Origin: Neisseriaceae bacterium
GTDB taxonomy: Bacteria > Pseudomonadota > Gammaproteobacteria > Burkholderiales > Neisseriaceae
Reading direction: 5' to 3'
DNA length: 44,127 bases
NCBI GenBank assembly: GCA_017518845.1
Contig: JAFWTP010000098.1
Location: 1 to 44,127, forward strand
Part shown: positions 10,351 to 19,356 of the stretch, piece by piece
How positions within the stretch are numbered: the first letter of the stretch is position 1
Layout of the letters: each line of letters starts with the position of its first letter
Position numbers and translations under genes: made by a program
The notes under the pieces: generated by a model
What the model was told of the DNA's origin: nothing
Databases searched by the model: none
What the model saw: the letters and a program-made list of their open reading frames with translations, nothing else

Positions 10351-11469
10351 TCAATTCAATATATTCACCTGATTATCTTCTGCCACAAGGCACCACACAG
10401 GCGTGTGGTGATGAGCCGTGTGTTCTGGTACTAATTCACAGGTAACGCGTGCGGTTTTGCCGATATTGTTCTGCACCAGTGCCAAATCGTTTTCTTGCAA
10501 ACCTAATTGAAGTGTTTGAATATTCTCGTATTTTGCTTCGCATAAACTATCTGCTTTGTTTGGGGCTTCTACCAAAATCGGATTATCTAACACAATCGCA
10601 GGAAATGTAATGGTTTGTTCATTTTGGTCGATTCCCTTTTCTTCGGATAACCTGCCTGTGAGTGTTGCCGTTTCTTCGCACACATAAGTTGCCGCATTGT
10701 TATTGACAGAAACAGCCGCAGGTGTGCTTTTTTCTTGAATAAAAGTTTCGCCATTAAAACGGTAACGCACGCTGATATAAGGGCTAAAATCAGGATAACC
10801 GCCTAACCACAGGGGGTGAAAATACAAGAGATTGTTATCTTGTTCATCAAAATGAATGGTGTAGTTCGATAAGTCGCTTTTATTTAGATAATCTTGCCGC
10901 ACTTGTTTGACTTCTTCTAAATAAATTTTTCGCACTTCTTCGGCACTGGCACCGCCAAAGGCAGACAAATTATGCTGCAAATCTTCCTCTAATTTGGCAG
11001 GAATAGGAGCATTGTCGGCAAATTCGGCAAATTGCGGTATTTCAAACGGCAAAGGCACTTCTGTGAGTTGTTTTTTGTCGTATTGATAAGTTTTCACCAC
11101 ATCTGATGCCGTTACATTTACGCCAGCATTGCTAACATACAGCACAAAATAATTGCCGTTATTCATAGCCAAAGGATAAATGTTCATATTGATGGTGTTG
11201 GTGTCATCGCTACAATCTACTGATAAACTTTCCAACGGATTATCAAGTTCTCGTGGTTTTTGCAGGGCTTGATTTAAGTTCTCACCCATACACGATTGCG
11301 GCATGACTTGTTTATCCAACAATTTCAACACCTGCCACGCAATATCTTCGGCGTGCGTGGGGCTGGTTTGCGAAACGCTGTTGGTGTCTGCCACTTGGTT
11401 TTTGTCTTGCGGTTGATTGCAAGCGGTGGTGCTTAAAATAAGGGTAAGCAATAGTGCGGTTTTTTTCAT
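10351..11469 (-). CDS. Lipoprotein of unknown function with a possible DUF4431-like C-terminal domain
   Basis: Lipobox LSTTAC. The C-terminus (TGRL...ITFPAIVLD...IQTLQL...GKTARVTCELVPEHTAHHHTPVW) resembles DUF4431 as I remember it. Confidence 0.6.
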   Translation of the reverse strand: MKKTALLLTLILSTTACNQPQDKNQVADTNSVSQTSPTHAEDIAWQVLKLLDKQVMPQSCMGENLNQALQKPRELDNPLESLSVDCSDDTNTINMNIYPLAMNNGNYFVLYVSNAGVNVTASDVVKTYQYDKKQLTEVPLPFEIPQFAEFADNAPIPAKLEEDLQHNLSAFGGASAEEVRKIYLEEVKQVRQDYLNKSDLSNYTIHFDEQDNNLLYFHPLWLGGYPDFSPYISVRYRFNGETFIQEKSTPAAVSVNNNAATYVCEETATLTGRLSEEKGIDQNEQTITFPAIVLDNPILVEAPNKADSLCEAKYENIQTLQLGLQENDLALVQNNIGKTARVTCELVPEHTAHHHTPVWCLVAEDNQVNILN

Positions 11470-11536
11470 TTTTGGATACTCCGTATTGTTTTTTCAGGCT
11501 GCCTGAAAGGTGGTGATTTATTTATCAGGCTTACTT

Positions 11537-12184
11537 TTAATACAATCCTTGTTTGCCTAATTTTTCTAATGGTTTTTTATTTAATTTATGCCATTTTTCT
11601 TTTCTTTTGCCGTTTTCAAAAGCGTTGTCGTTGATAACCACTTTTTTCCAAGTTAAATAGTTTTCGCTCACCGTTTCTTCTTCGCCCGTAGCACGATGCA
11701 GCATGCTTGCGTCTTTACCGATTAGGTAAAAATCTTTATTTTGATAGCGGTAGGTATATTGAGAACGCTGATTCGTGTAACTACCAGCAGACATAAACGG
11801 GTTTATATCAATTATCAAAGAACCTTTGCGGTTAATTTTAATGTCGGTCTCAATATTCATATATTCATCGTCTGCCATAATCAAATCTTTGTATTGTTTG
11901 AACAGTTTGAATCTGCCGTCATCTTGCCCAAAATAAATGGCGAGAATGGGTTGATTGAAGTTATACACGAAACCGTCATCACGGGTTTTCATATTTTCCT
12001 TGAAATTAGGTTTGGTCAATATAACTAAATCCGTTTTGCCGTCTTGGTTTAAGTCCCCTTGTGCTTCGATTTTCTCCCAACCTTGTGGGACGATTTCTTG
12101 GCTGTTTCGTCCTTGTTGTAAAAGATTTTGTGCATAAAGATTAGATACAAGCGAGAAAGATAAGATAAAAAAGATTTTTTTCAT
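11537..12184 (-). CDS. Secreted hypothetical protein
   Basis: Signal peptide MKKIFFILSFSLVSNLYA and a GGAG RBS. A DLNQDGKTDLVIL segment looks like an FG-GAP/VCBS repeat. The start is moved to 12184. Confidence 0.6.
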   Translation of the reverse strand: MKKIFFILSFSLVSNLYAQNLLQQGRNSQEIVPQGWEKIEAQGDLNQDGKTDLVILTKPNFKENMKTRDDGFVYNFNQPILAIYFGQDDGRFKLFKQYKDLIMADDEYMNIETDIKINRKGSLIIDINPFMSAGSYTNQRSQYTYRYQNKDFYLIGKDASMLHRATGEEETVSENYLTWKKVVINDNAFENGKRKEKWHKLNKKPLEKLGKQGLY

Positions 12185-12230
12185 TTTGGATACTCCGTAA
12201 TAAATCATTGTTTTTCAGGCTGCCTTTTGT

Positions 12231-12245
12231 TTCAGGCTGCCTGAA
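12231..12245. repeat. Palindromic DNA uptake sequence preceded by a half copy (12214-12225)
   Basis: TTCAGGCTGCCTtttgtTTCAGGCTGCCTGAA. Confidence 0.85.
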
Positions 12246-12248
12246 AAC

Positions 12249-14150
12249 TTAATCGGACGCTCTCATAACAGGCGAATGGGCTAATAATTTGAATCCATTG
12301 TCGGTTAATTCAAATACAAAAGAACCGTCATCTTCTTTGTCGCCCACCCATACACTGCCTTGTACAAAAAACAGTCTGCTTTCAACGCTGTATTCATAGT
12401 TTGGGTCAAAACTTGCTTGTTCGTCATTTTCAGGATTATCGGGATAGCGGTTTTTCCAAACACTGGAAACAACCATACTATCCACTTCTTTACCTGTGAT
12501 AACATCAAGCACGGTAATTTGAATAGCACCACCGCCAACGCCAAAAACCATTACCGTATAATGCCCTGCAAAGCCGATTTCATCGGGGTTTTCACGAATA
12601 TATTGCAAATGCTTACGCAAACGCGTGCGTGTGGAAGAATCTTTATCGGCAATATCTTCGGCAATTTTTCCTGTGTATTTGCTGGTGGCATATTGTGCAG
12701 GGTCGATATTCGGAAAGCGTTGGCTGATTGATTCAGGCACTTCGGCAGGTGCTGCATTATTCGCTGTTTTTGCTTTGTTCGACACTTCTGCTACTTCACC
12801 TTGAATAACCACTTTGCCTGTTTTATCAATAAACTGTCCCTGACCGTCTTTTCTGACAAATGCCAAACCATCGCTAAATGGATAGGCAAAATCGTATTGC
12901 AAAGGAATAGTCGCATTGCCGTTTTTATCCACAAAGCCCCAACGATTGTAATCTTTGGAAACAAGGGCTAAATCGTCTTCAAAATTAAGTGCTTCATCGT
13001 ATTGCGGTGGCACAATTTCTTTGCCTGTTGTGTCAATCAAACCCCATTTGCTGTTTTGGCTCACCGTTAATAAGCCATTGCCCACAAAAGGTGTGCCGTC
13101 TTTGTCGTAGTGATTTTGATATTGACAGGCAATCACTTCTTTGCCGTTTTTGTCGATAAAGCCCACTAATTCATTTTTCACCACTTTGGCTAATCCGTTG
13201 TGAAAGGGTTCTACCCATTCATAATTTGGCAAGGCGGCAATTTCTTTGCCTGTTTTATCAATTAAAAACCATTGTTCGCCTTTTTGTACGGCGGCTAATC
13301 CCTCGCTAAAATTTTGGGCGGTATCATATTGCAAAGCAATCGTAGCCTTGCCTGTTTTATCCACAAAGCCCCATTTGTCGTTTTGTTTCACCGCTGCCAT
13401 GCCTTCGTTAAAATCGCTGGCATATTCATATTGCAACATAATTGCCAAACGCCCTGTGGTATCCACAAAACCCCATAAATTGTTTTTGGCAACCACACAT
13501 AAACCCTCTTTGCAAATCGAGCCTTCATCGGATTCTGCGGAAATATTATCGTATTGAAACGGCACAACTTCATGCCCCTGTTTATCCGTAAAGCCCACTC
13601 TATTTTCCGTAGTGGCAAATTGAAACAAACCCTCATCGGGACTGAACGATATAAATTGATTGTTTCTTTGAATTATAGGCACTACTTCAAGAGCAAAATT
13701 ATCAACAATACCCCAGCGATAAACACCGCCATTCCAGTTGGTAATGTCTTGTTGAACGGCAAAATAACCATTTTTAAGCGACCAGATTTGTTCATATATC
13801 ATTGCCGTTCTTTCTTTGCCTGTTTTATCCACAAAACCCCATTTGCCGTCTTTCTGCACGGCGGCTAATTCCTGATTAAAATCGCGTGCGTCATCATATT
13901 GCAGAGCAATGATTTCTTTGCCTGTTTTATCAATAAAACCCCATTTACCGTCTTTCTTAACGGCGGCTAAACCATTGTAAAATGAAGAAACTTCATCGTA
14001 GTTTTTCATTTTTGCAACCACGCTTTCAGGCTCTGTTGTGGTTTGTTGCGGTGCAGGCGTTGTGGGTGTATTGCTTGTATCCTGCGATTGATTGCAAGCG
14101 GTTGTGGCAAACAATATAGCAAGAGAAAGAAAAAGGGCGGTTTTTTTCAT
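12249..14150 (-). CDS. WG-repeat (KWG-type) lipoprotein, paralogue B
   Basis: Lipobox FATTAC, the same repeat architecture, and the same C-terminal module as paralogue A (QRF..YTGKIA..FAGHY..VLD.ITGK..SRLFFV.G..GSFVFEL..HSP). Confidence 0.8.
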   Translation of the reverse strand: MKKTALFLSLAILFATTACNQSQDTSNTPTTPAPQQTTTEPESVVAKMKNYDEVSSFYNGLAAVKKDGKWGFIDKTGKEIIALQYDDARDFNQELAAVQKDGKWGFVDKTGKERTAMIYEQIWSLKNGYFAVQQDITNWNGGVYRWGIVDNFALEVVPIIQRNNQFISFSPDEGLFQFATTENRVGFTDKQGHEVVPFQYDNISAESDEGSICKEGLCVVAKNNLWGFVDTTGRLAIMLQYEYASDFNEGMAAVKQNDKWGFVDKTGKATIALQYDTAQNFSEGLAAVQKGEQWFLIDKTGKEIAALPNYEWVEPFHNGLAKVVKNELVGFIDKNGKEVIACQYQNHYDKDGTPFVGNGLLTVSQNSKWGLIDTTGKEIVPPQYDEALNFEDDLALVSKDYNRWGFVDKNGNATIPLQYDFAYPFSDGLAFVRKDGQGQFIDKTGKVVIQGEVAEVSNKAKTANNAAPAEVPESISQRFPNIDPAQYATSKYTGKIAEDIADKDSSTRTRLRKHLQYIRENPDEIGFAGHYTVMVFGVGGGAIQITVLDVITGKEVDSMVVSSVWKNRYPDNPENDEQASFDPNYEYSVESRLFFVQGSVWVGDKEDDGSFVFELTDNGFKLLAHSPVMRASD

Positions 14151-14207
14151 TTTTAAATACTCCGTATCAAGGTTGTTTTTCTGTTTCAGGCTGCCTGAAA
14201 AATACTT

Positions 14208-14714
14208 TTACAAATCCGCAAAATCGCGAAGATGATTTGCTTCTTTGAGTAAATCATCACACACCGTAATTAAATCGCCTTTGATTTTGCTGTGAATTAA
14301 CGCACCATTGTGCCAGTAGCAACGCAGTTGCGAATTTAATTTGCCGCGTTCGTCTTTGTAAGTGCTTGTTTCATATGCAAAAACTAATTTTGTTTGTTTA
14401 TCAAACAAAAATTCCGTATAAGTTTGAGTGGCTGCTTGGGGCGGCGATTGATGGGTGATAAAAACCATTTTTCCCTTGTCTTCGAGTATTGAAAGGGTGT
14501 TGTTCGCACTATCGCTGCGTGTCAAAAGGTGGTGGCGATTTTTTGTCCGCTTGCTAATTTGCGTATAGTATGTGCGAATGTGTGCCACTTCATCAGGTTC
14601 TTTATCGCTGGCGGCTTTAAGGGTTGCGTTATACGCTGCATTTTCTTCTTGTGCGTTGGCAGGGTTGATGACAAATAAAGCCAGAGCAAATGCGGTGATT
14701 ATTTTGGTTTTCAT
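14208..14714 (-). CDS. Secreted hypothetical protein
   Basis: Signal peptide MKTKIITAFALALFVINPANA and a GGAG RBS. The start is moved to 14714 because the longer track ORF reads through a REP element. Confidence 0.6.
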   Translation of the reverse strand: MKTKIITAFALALFVINPANAQEENAAYNATLKAASDKEPDEVAHIRTYYTQISKRTKNRHHLLTRSDSANNTLSILEDKGKMVFITHQSPPQAATQTYTEFLFDKQTKLVFAYETSTYKDERGKLNSQLRCYWHNGALIHSKIKGDLITVCDDLLKEANHLRDFADL

Positions 14715-14770
14715 TAAAAAATCTCCGTTTTTGTGTGTTGTGGTGGGTTGAAAACCCACCCTACGAATGT

Positions 14771-15565
14771 TTAATCCCACTCAAAACCCACAAAATAAAG
14801 CGATGCCACGCTTGGTGGGCCTTCGTATCCGCGTATATTGATTTTGCTCACCGCCACCGCTCGTTTTTCGCTTGGGTGGCGTAGCACGCCGATTAACTCG
14901 TCCGACAAAATCACCATTTCGTGTTTTTGGGTGAAAATATTTTTCTTTTCCCCATTTTGATGAAGATAAAAATCAGCGGTTTTCACTGTATCTTCAAAGC
15001 CCAACAAATCATGCGTGCCTTTTTGAATGGTGCTACTCACCGCTAAATGTTTGCCATTGTCGTCAAATTCGGGAGACACAATAGCCCATTCGTGTTGTTG
15101 CACAATATGGTGTTGGTTTAATTTTTCTGTGAATAAATCCTGATTTTTTGCCCAAGTATTATCCAAATCAGCCAGCGTTGGGTCTGGTTCATCGCCGCTG
15201 TCATAATGCCATGACCACAATTCCTGCCCGTTTTTATCCACAATGTGCATTTCCAAAAAATAACAGCCGCAGGCTTCGTCCGCAGGTTCTTCAATATAAG
15301 CAAATTCGCCATTTCTGCCCCAGCCTATCGGGTAAAACTTGCTTACCAAAAGCATATTATTTTGCATATATTCTTCATCACTGGCGTTGGTATAAGGCAA
15401 CTCGCGTGGCAGCGAATACACTTGCGGCGAGTTATCCACAGGATTAGGTACAATTTCGCGTGCCACAGGCGTTGTGTTTTCGGGGGTTGTTTGTTGCGGT
15501 TGTGCGTTGGGCTGACACGCCGTTAAAACCCAACCAACACACAGGGGAAAAAGCAATTTTTTCAT
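14771..15565 (-). CDS. Lipoprotein of unknown function
   Basis: Lipobox VLTAC and an AAGGAG RBS. 264 aa. Confidence 0.65.
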   Translation of the reverse strand: MKKLLFPLCVGWVLTACQPNAQPQQTTPENTTPVAREIVPNPVDNSPQVYSLPRELPYTNASDEEYMQNNMLLVSKFYPIGWGRNGEFAYIEEPADEACGCYFLEMHIVDKNGQELWSWHYDSGDEPDPTLADLDNTWAKNQDLFTEKLNQHHIVQQHEWAIVSPEFDDNGKHLAVSSTIQKGTHDLLGFEDTVKTADFYLHQNGEKKNIFTQKHEMVILSDELIGVLRHPSEKRAVAVSKINIRGYEGPPSVASLYFVGFEWD

Positions 15566-15596
15566 AGCGATTGCTCCTTAAAACAGAGTTTCACAT

Positions 15597-15713
15597 TATA
15601 TAATGTAGTCAATTCATACCAAAAGCAGGCAAGGCGGCGAAGCCGCAGATAGTATAGATAATACAGCAAGGCGAGCCAACGCGGCATGATTTTGGCATGA
15701 ATTGACTATAATA
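15597..15713. mobile_element. Correia-like repeat-enclosed element (short form)
   Basis: Ends TAGTCAATTCATACCAAAA and TTTTGGCATGAATTGACTATAAT. The core CAAGGCGGCGAAGCCGCAGATAGTATAG...CAAGGCGAGCCAACGCGGCATG closely parallels the Neisseria Correia consensus as I recall it. Confidence 0.8.
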
Positions 15714-15796
15714 TGCCAAAGCGTGTTAGACTTGAATTTTTCATTCTTTCAGGCAGCCTGAAAAAATTGAATTTAATTCATACACAGGACAATACA

Positions 15797-16312
15797 ATGA
15801 AAAAACTGCTGACTATGCTGCTTATTCTGTGCTGTGCGACGCAAACGGTGGCTCGCAATAATTCGGATAATTCCATTGATGTTTTTATTATTGACGACAC
15901 GCCCACGAATGTGCGAGAACAACCTAACGGCAAAATTGCAGGTAAATTGCCTGTCATCGATACGGGGTATATTGTTGAATTAGATGAATGCCAAAAAGGC
16001 TGGTGTTCGGTGATTGACATCAGAGAAGCAGCAGAAGATAAAGAGATAAAAATCAAAAGCACAACGGGTAAGTTGTGGTTACACCATTCGGTTTTGGGTT
16101 TTCATACCCGCAATTACGGCAAACAAAAAATCACCATTCGCAACAAACCCCAAAACAACGCCCCAGCGGTTTATTCTTTTAACGAAGAACAATCATTGTG
16201 TTTGTTAGATTTCAATGACAACTGGGCAAAGGTAAAAACTTGGGACAGCAAACACACAGGTTGGATTGAAAGAAAATGGGTGTGCGAAAACCCACTCACC
16301 ACTTGTCCGTAA
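15797..16312 (+). CDS. Secreted protein with two bacterial SH3-like segments
   Basis: Signal peptide MKKLLTMLLILCCATQTVA. Two segments fit the pattern NVR/IRN-P...G...GW..V. The start is moved to 15797. Confidence 0.55.
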   Translation: MKKLLTMLLILCCATQTVARNNSDNSIDVFIIDDTPTNVREQPNGKIAGKLPVIDTGYIVELDECQKGWCSVIDIREAAEDKEIKIKSTTGKLWLHHSVLGFHTRNYGKQKITIRNKPQNNAPAVYSFNEEQSLCLLDFNDNWAKVKTWDSKHTGWIERKWVCENPLTTCP

Positions 16313-16367
16313 AAGGGTTTCAGGCAGCCTGAAACGATTTATTCATCAACTTATGAAAGGTTAAACC

Positions 16368-16889
16368 ATGAAAAACATGAAAAACAAATTGTGTTTATTA
16401 ACGATTCTTTCACTGCTGTCGCTCAACGCTTGGGCAAGCGGCAGTTATTACACCGAAGGTTATTTCAAGGGTGAGATTAAAGTCGGCAAAAAAACTTATG
16501 CTTGCGAAGGCGAACAAGAGTTTTTTTCCGATGACACACAATGGCAAACAGGCGAAGACCTTGATGCAACCTATATTTGCTTAAATCCTGCGGATAAAAA
16601 TCAAGCAAAATGGATTATCCATCGCATTTTTCAATGTGACGGAGATTGCAAACCTGAAAAATTGCGTTTGTATGAAGATTGTCAATTTGTCAGCGGCAAA
16701 GGTTGGACTTGTGCTAAAAATCAAAAAATCTCTGGGGATTTTCAGAAAAATAGCGATGATGACAAGGTGGTAAAATCGCTTACCGATAGTGAATTTGACG
16801 ATATAGACAAATTCAGAGAAGCCATCAAGAATGACAGAAGAGTTATTCTGAAAAATGAAAAACAAAAAAAAGGTAAAAAAAGAAAATAA
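16368..16889 (+). CDS. Secreted Cys-rich hypothetical protein with a Lys-rich tail
   Basis: Signal peptide ending NAWA, eight Cys, and a C-terminal KQKKGKKRK encoded by A8/A7 tracts. Confidence 0.55.
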   Translation: MKNMKNKLCLLTILSLLSLNAWASGSYYTEGYFKGEIKVGKKTYACEGEQEFFSDDTQWQTGEDLDATYICLNPADKNQAKWIIHRIFQCDGDCKPEKLRLYEDCQFVSGKGWTCAKNQKISGDFQKNSDDDKVVKSLTDSEFDDIDKFREAIKNDRRVILKNEKQKKGKKRK

Positions 16890-16897
16890 ATCATCGC

Positions 16898-17120
16898 GTT
16901 TCAGGCAGCCTGAAACCTTTGCAAAACCTATTTATCAATATAATAAAATACAATCGTTATAGGGTGGGCATGTTACCCACCAACCGCCCGATAGGGCGGA
17001 ATTTCCTTTAATATCAATAAATAATCAACGCCTACGGCGTTGTGGTGGGCTGGAAAGCCCACCCTATAACGGACGCTTTTTTTGTTTTAGATTGAGTTTG
17101 CAAAGGTTTCAGCCTGAAAA
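16898..17120. mobile_element. About 225-bp MITE with uptake-sequence-tipped terminal inverted repeats, copy 2
   Basis: The left end has an intact uptake sequence plus CTGAAACCTTTGCAAAAC. The right end reads TTTGCAAAGGTTTCAGCCTGAAAAA, with a degenerate uptake sequence. Confidence 0.65.
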
Positions 17121-17152
17121 ATATTTTTCACCCTTAACAAAAGGATAATACA

Positions 17153-17530
17153 ATGAAAAAACTGATTTTGTGTGCGTTAATTGTGTTCGCAAATTCTGTT
17201 TTTGCAGATGAAGATAAATGCAACCCCAAGAGCAGCATTACCAGCGATATGATTCAATGTGCTGATGAAGAATACCAAAAAAATGACGCATTGCTGAATA
17301 AAAATTACAAGGCTGCAATGAAAGCCTGCGGCGATGACAAACAATGCAAAAGCGATTTACAAAAAATGCAACGACACTGGATTGCCTACAAAGAAGCCGT
17401 TTCCGCGTGGATTTATTCCTACGGCGAAAATGGCGGCGGCAGTTTGGGACGCGTCCAAGCCATTCAATGGGAAGCAGAAGAAACCAAAAAACAAGCCGAG
17501 TTATTACAGCAGCATTATCACAGTCAGTAA
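17153..17530 (+). CDS. DUF1311 / LprI-family (lysozyme inhibitor-like) periplasmic protein
   Basis: Signal peptide, then C...S...MIQCADEEYQKNDALLNKNYK...LQKMQRHWIAYKEA, the DUF1311 signature. Confidence 0.7.
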   Translation: MKKLILCALIVFANSVFADEDKCNPKSSITSDMIQCADEEYQKNDALLNKNYKAAMKACGDDKQCKSDLQKMQRHWIAYKEAVSAWIYSYGENGGGSLGRVQAIQWEAEETKKQAELLQQHYHSQ

Positions 17531-17745
17531 TTTTGTTTTATAAAAACAATAAACAAGCATTTTCAGGCTGCCTGAATTGATACAAACCGTAGGGTGGGAC
17601 AACACAACCCACCACAACGCCGATAGGCGTTGATTAAATTTTTCGTGTTATTGCAAACCTGCGGTTTGCTGGTGGGCTGGGAAGCCCACCCTACGACTTT
17701 CAGGCAGCCTGAAAATATAGAGATTATTAAATAAGGACTAACACA

Positions 17746-18354
17746 ATGAAATTCGCCAGCATGCTTGCATTATTGCTGTGTTTTGTCGCCGCATATGCCA
17801 AAGAACCTGTTTCCTATCCTGATATACAAGGCAAAATTATTCAGGAAATTCCTTATACGGACAATACAGGCAATAATGTGATTGTGCTAACCGCAAGCGA
17901 AACGCATGGTTTAGCCAACAAATATGGCGACTACGAAGTTTATTTGAAAATTTTTGCCTATCGTTTTCATTTAGACGAATCGGGTGGCATCACAAAAGAA
18001 TGGCGTGTTTTCGATAAATTAGATTGTAATACTACGGTGGATTATCATCTATCTTTTATCCAACCCCATATTCACATTACCGACTTAAATAAAAATGGCA
18101 TAAAAGAAATTTGGTTGCCTTATTCTGCTCATTGTGCAGGCGATGTTAGCCCTGATACAATAAAAATCATTGCCTATGAGGGAACACAAAAATACGCTGT
18201 GCGTGGCAGGTCGCGTGTATCACTGGGATTTGACGCAGACAACAATCGCCCGACATATGAGGGCGGTGAATATAAAATGGACAGTGTGTTAAAAAACAAT
18301 CCCACTTTTCGCAAATTCGCACAAAAATTATGGAAAAAACTGGTTGATGAGTAA
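17746..18354 (+). CDS. Secreted hypothetical protein, tandem paralogue 1
   Basis: Signal peptide. Long motifs are shared with the next gene (YPDIQGKI..EI.Y.D.TG.NVIVLT, ITDLN.N..KEIW.PY, IIAYEGTQKYA.RG, NNPTF). The upstream RBS context is near-identical (AATAAGGACTAACA). Confidence 0.6.
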   Translation: MKFASMLALLLCFVAAYAKEPVSYPDIQGKIIQEIPYTDNTGNNVIVLTASETHGLANKYGDYEVYLKIFAYRFHLDESGGITKEWRVFDKLDCNTTVDYHLSFIQPHIHITDLNKNGIKEIWLPYSAHCAGDVSPDTIKIIAYEGTQKYAVRGRSRVSLGFDADNNRPTYEGGEYKMDSVLKNNPTFRKFAQKLWKKLVDE

Positions 18355-18407
18355 AGTTTCGATATTTTCAGGCAGCCTGAAACATTGATTAAATAAGGAC
18401 TAACAAG

Positions 18408-19034
18408 ATGAAATTTGTCAATATGATTGCATTATTGCTGTGTTCTGTAACCGCATACGCCCAAACACCCGCCACATATCCCGATATACAAGGCAAAATT
18501 GTGAAAGAAATCAAATACAAAGATAAAACAGGCGACAATGTGATTGTGCTGACGCAAACCGACATTCTCACGCAAAAATGTGACTATGCCGATGAATGTC
18601 GCAATCAAGATATATACGCCTATCGTTTTTTACTCAATCAAGGTAAGCCGCAACAAATGTGGCAAATTCGTGATTTTGCACATAATTGCGATTTAGACGC
18701 TTTTTTCACCAAATTTCTGCTGGATTCGGTGAGCATAACCGACTTAAACAACAATAATCTCAAAGAAATTTGGATTCCTTACCAAACATTCTGTTCAGGC
18801 GACCCTGCACCCATTCCCAGCAAAATCATTGCGTATGAAGGCACACAAAAATACGCCCTGCGTGGGCAAACGCGAGAAATAGTTGCCTTTGACTCGGACA
18901 ACAATCGCCATGAATACGCAGGCGGCACCTATCAAATGGACAACGCCCTACAAAACAACCCCACATTCAGCCGCTTTGCTAAAACGCTGTGGGAAAAAAT
19001 CAATTCGCACACAAATAATGCTGTGGTTCAATAG
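18408..19034 (+). CDS. Secreted hypothetical protein, tandem paralogue 2
   Basis: Paralogue of the 17746-18354 product with the same leader and RBS. Confidence 0.6.
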   Translation: MKFVNMIALLLCSVTAYAQTPATYPDIQGKIVKEIKYKDKTGDNVIVLTQTDILTQKCDYADECRNQDIYAYRFLLNQGKPQQMWQIRDFAHNCDLDAFFTKFLLDSVSITDLNNNNLKEIWIPYQTFCSGDPAPIPSKIIAYEGTQKYALRGQTREIVAFDSDNNRHEYAGGTYQMDNALQNNPTFSRFAKTLWEKINSHTNNAVVQ

Positions 19035-19078
19035 CGTTTGCCAGTAAAGCAGGGTGGGTTTTCAACCCACCATTAGAT

Positions 19079-19222
19079 TATAGGGTGGGCATTCTTGCCC
19101 ACCACAACGCCGATAGGCGTTGAATACACGATAAAAAATATGCACATTTTTGCCAAAATGGTGCAAATTAAATCGTTCGTTGCCCCTATGGGGCAATGGT
19201 GGGTTGGAAACCCACCCTACGG
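19079..19222. mobile_element. Sibling of the 161-bp REP-ended MITE
   Basis: Collinear with 6248-6394: GTAGGGTGGGC hairpin, CAACGCC hairpin, AAAAATAT-GCA-ATTTTT-CCAAAAT core, TTGCCCCTA-GGGGCAATGGTGGG hairpin. Confidence 0.65.
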
Positions 19223-19287
19223 CGGTACTTGGGTGGCGTAAATTAGAATAACGGCAACGCAAAAAATCTTTCAGGCAGCCTGAAAAT

Positions 19288-19316
19288 AAAAAACCATCTC
19301 TATTGAGATGGTTTTT
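19288..19316. terminator. Bidirectional intrinsic terminator between the 18408 gene and hemN
   Basis: AAAAAACCATCTC-tatt-GAGATGGTTTTT, flanked by two palindromic uptake sequences (19270 and 19333). Confidence 0.75.
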
Positions 19317-19356
19317 GTATGCTTTAAATCCTTTTCAGGCAGCCTGAAATGCTTTG

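Noticed and set aside
16861-16889. A8/A7 tracts at the 3' end of the 16368 gene as a phase-variation switch
   Set aside because: The tracts encode the terminal Lys-rich tail only 3-9 codons before the stop. Slippage would change just a few C-terminal residues, so an on/off switch is not supported.
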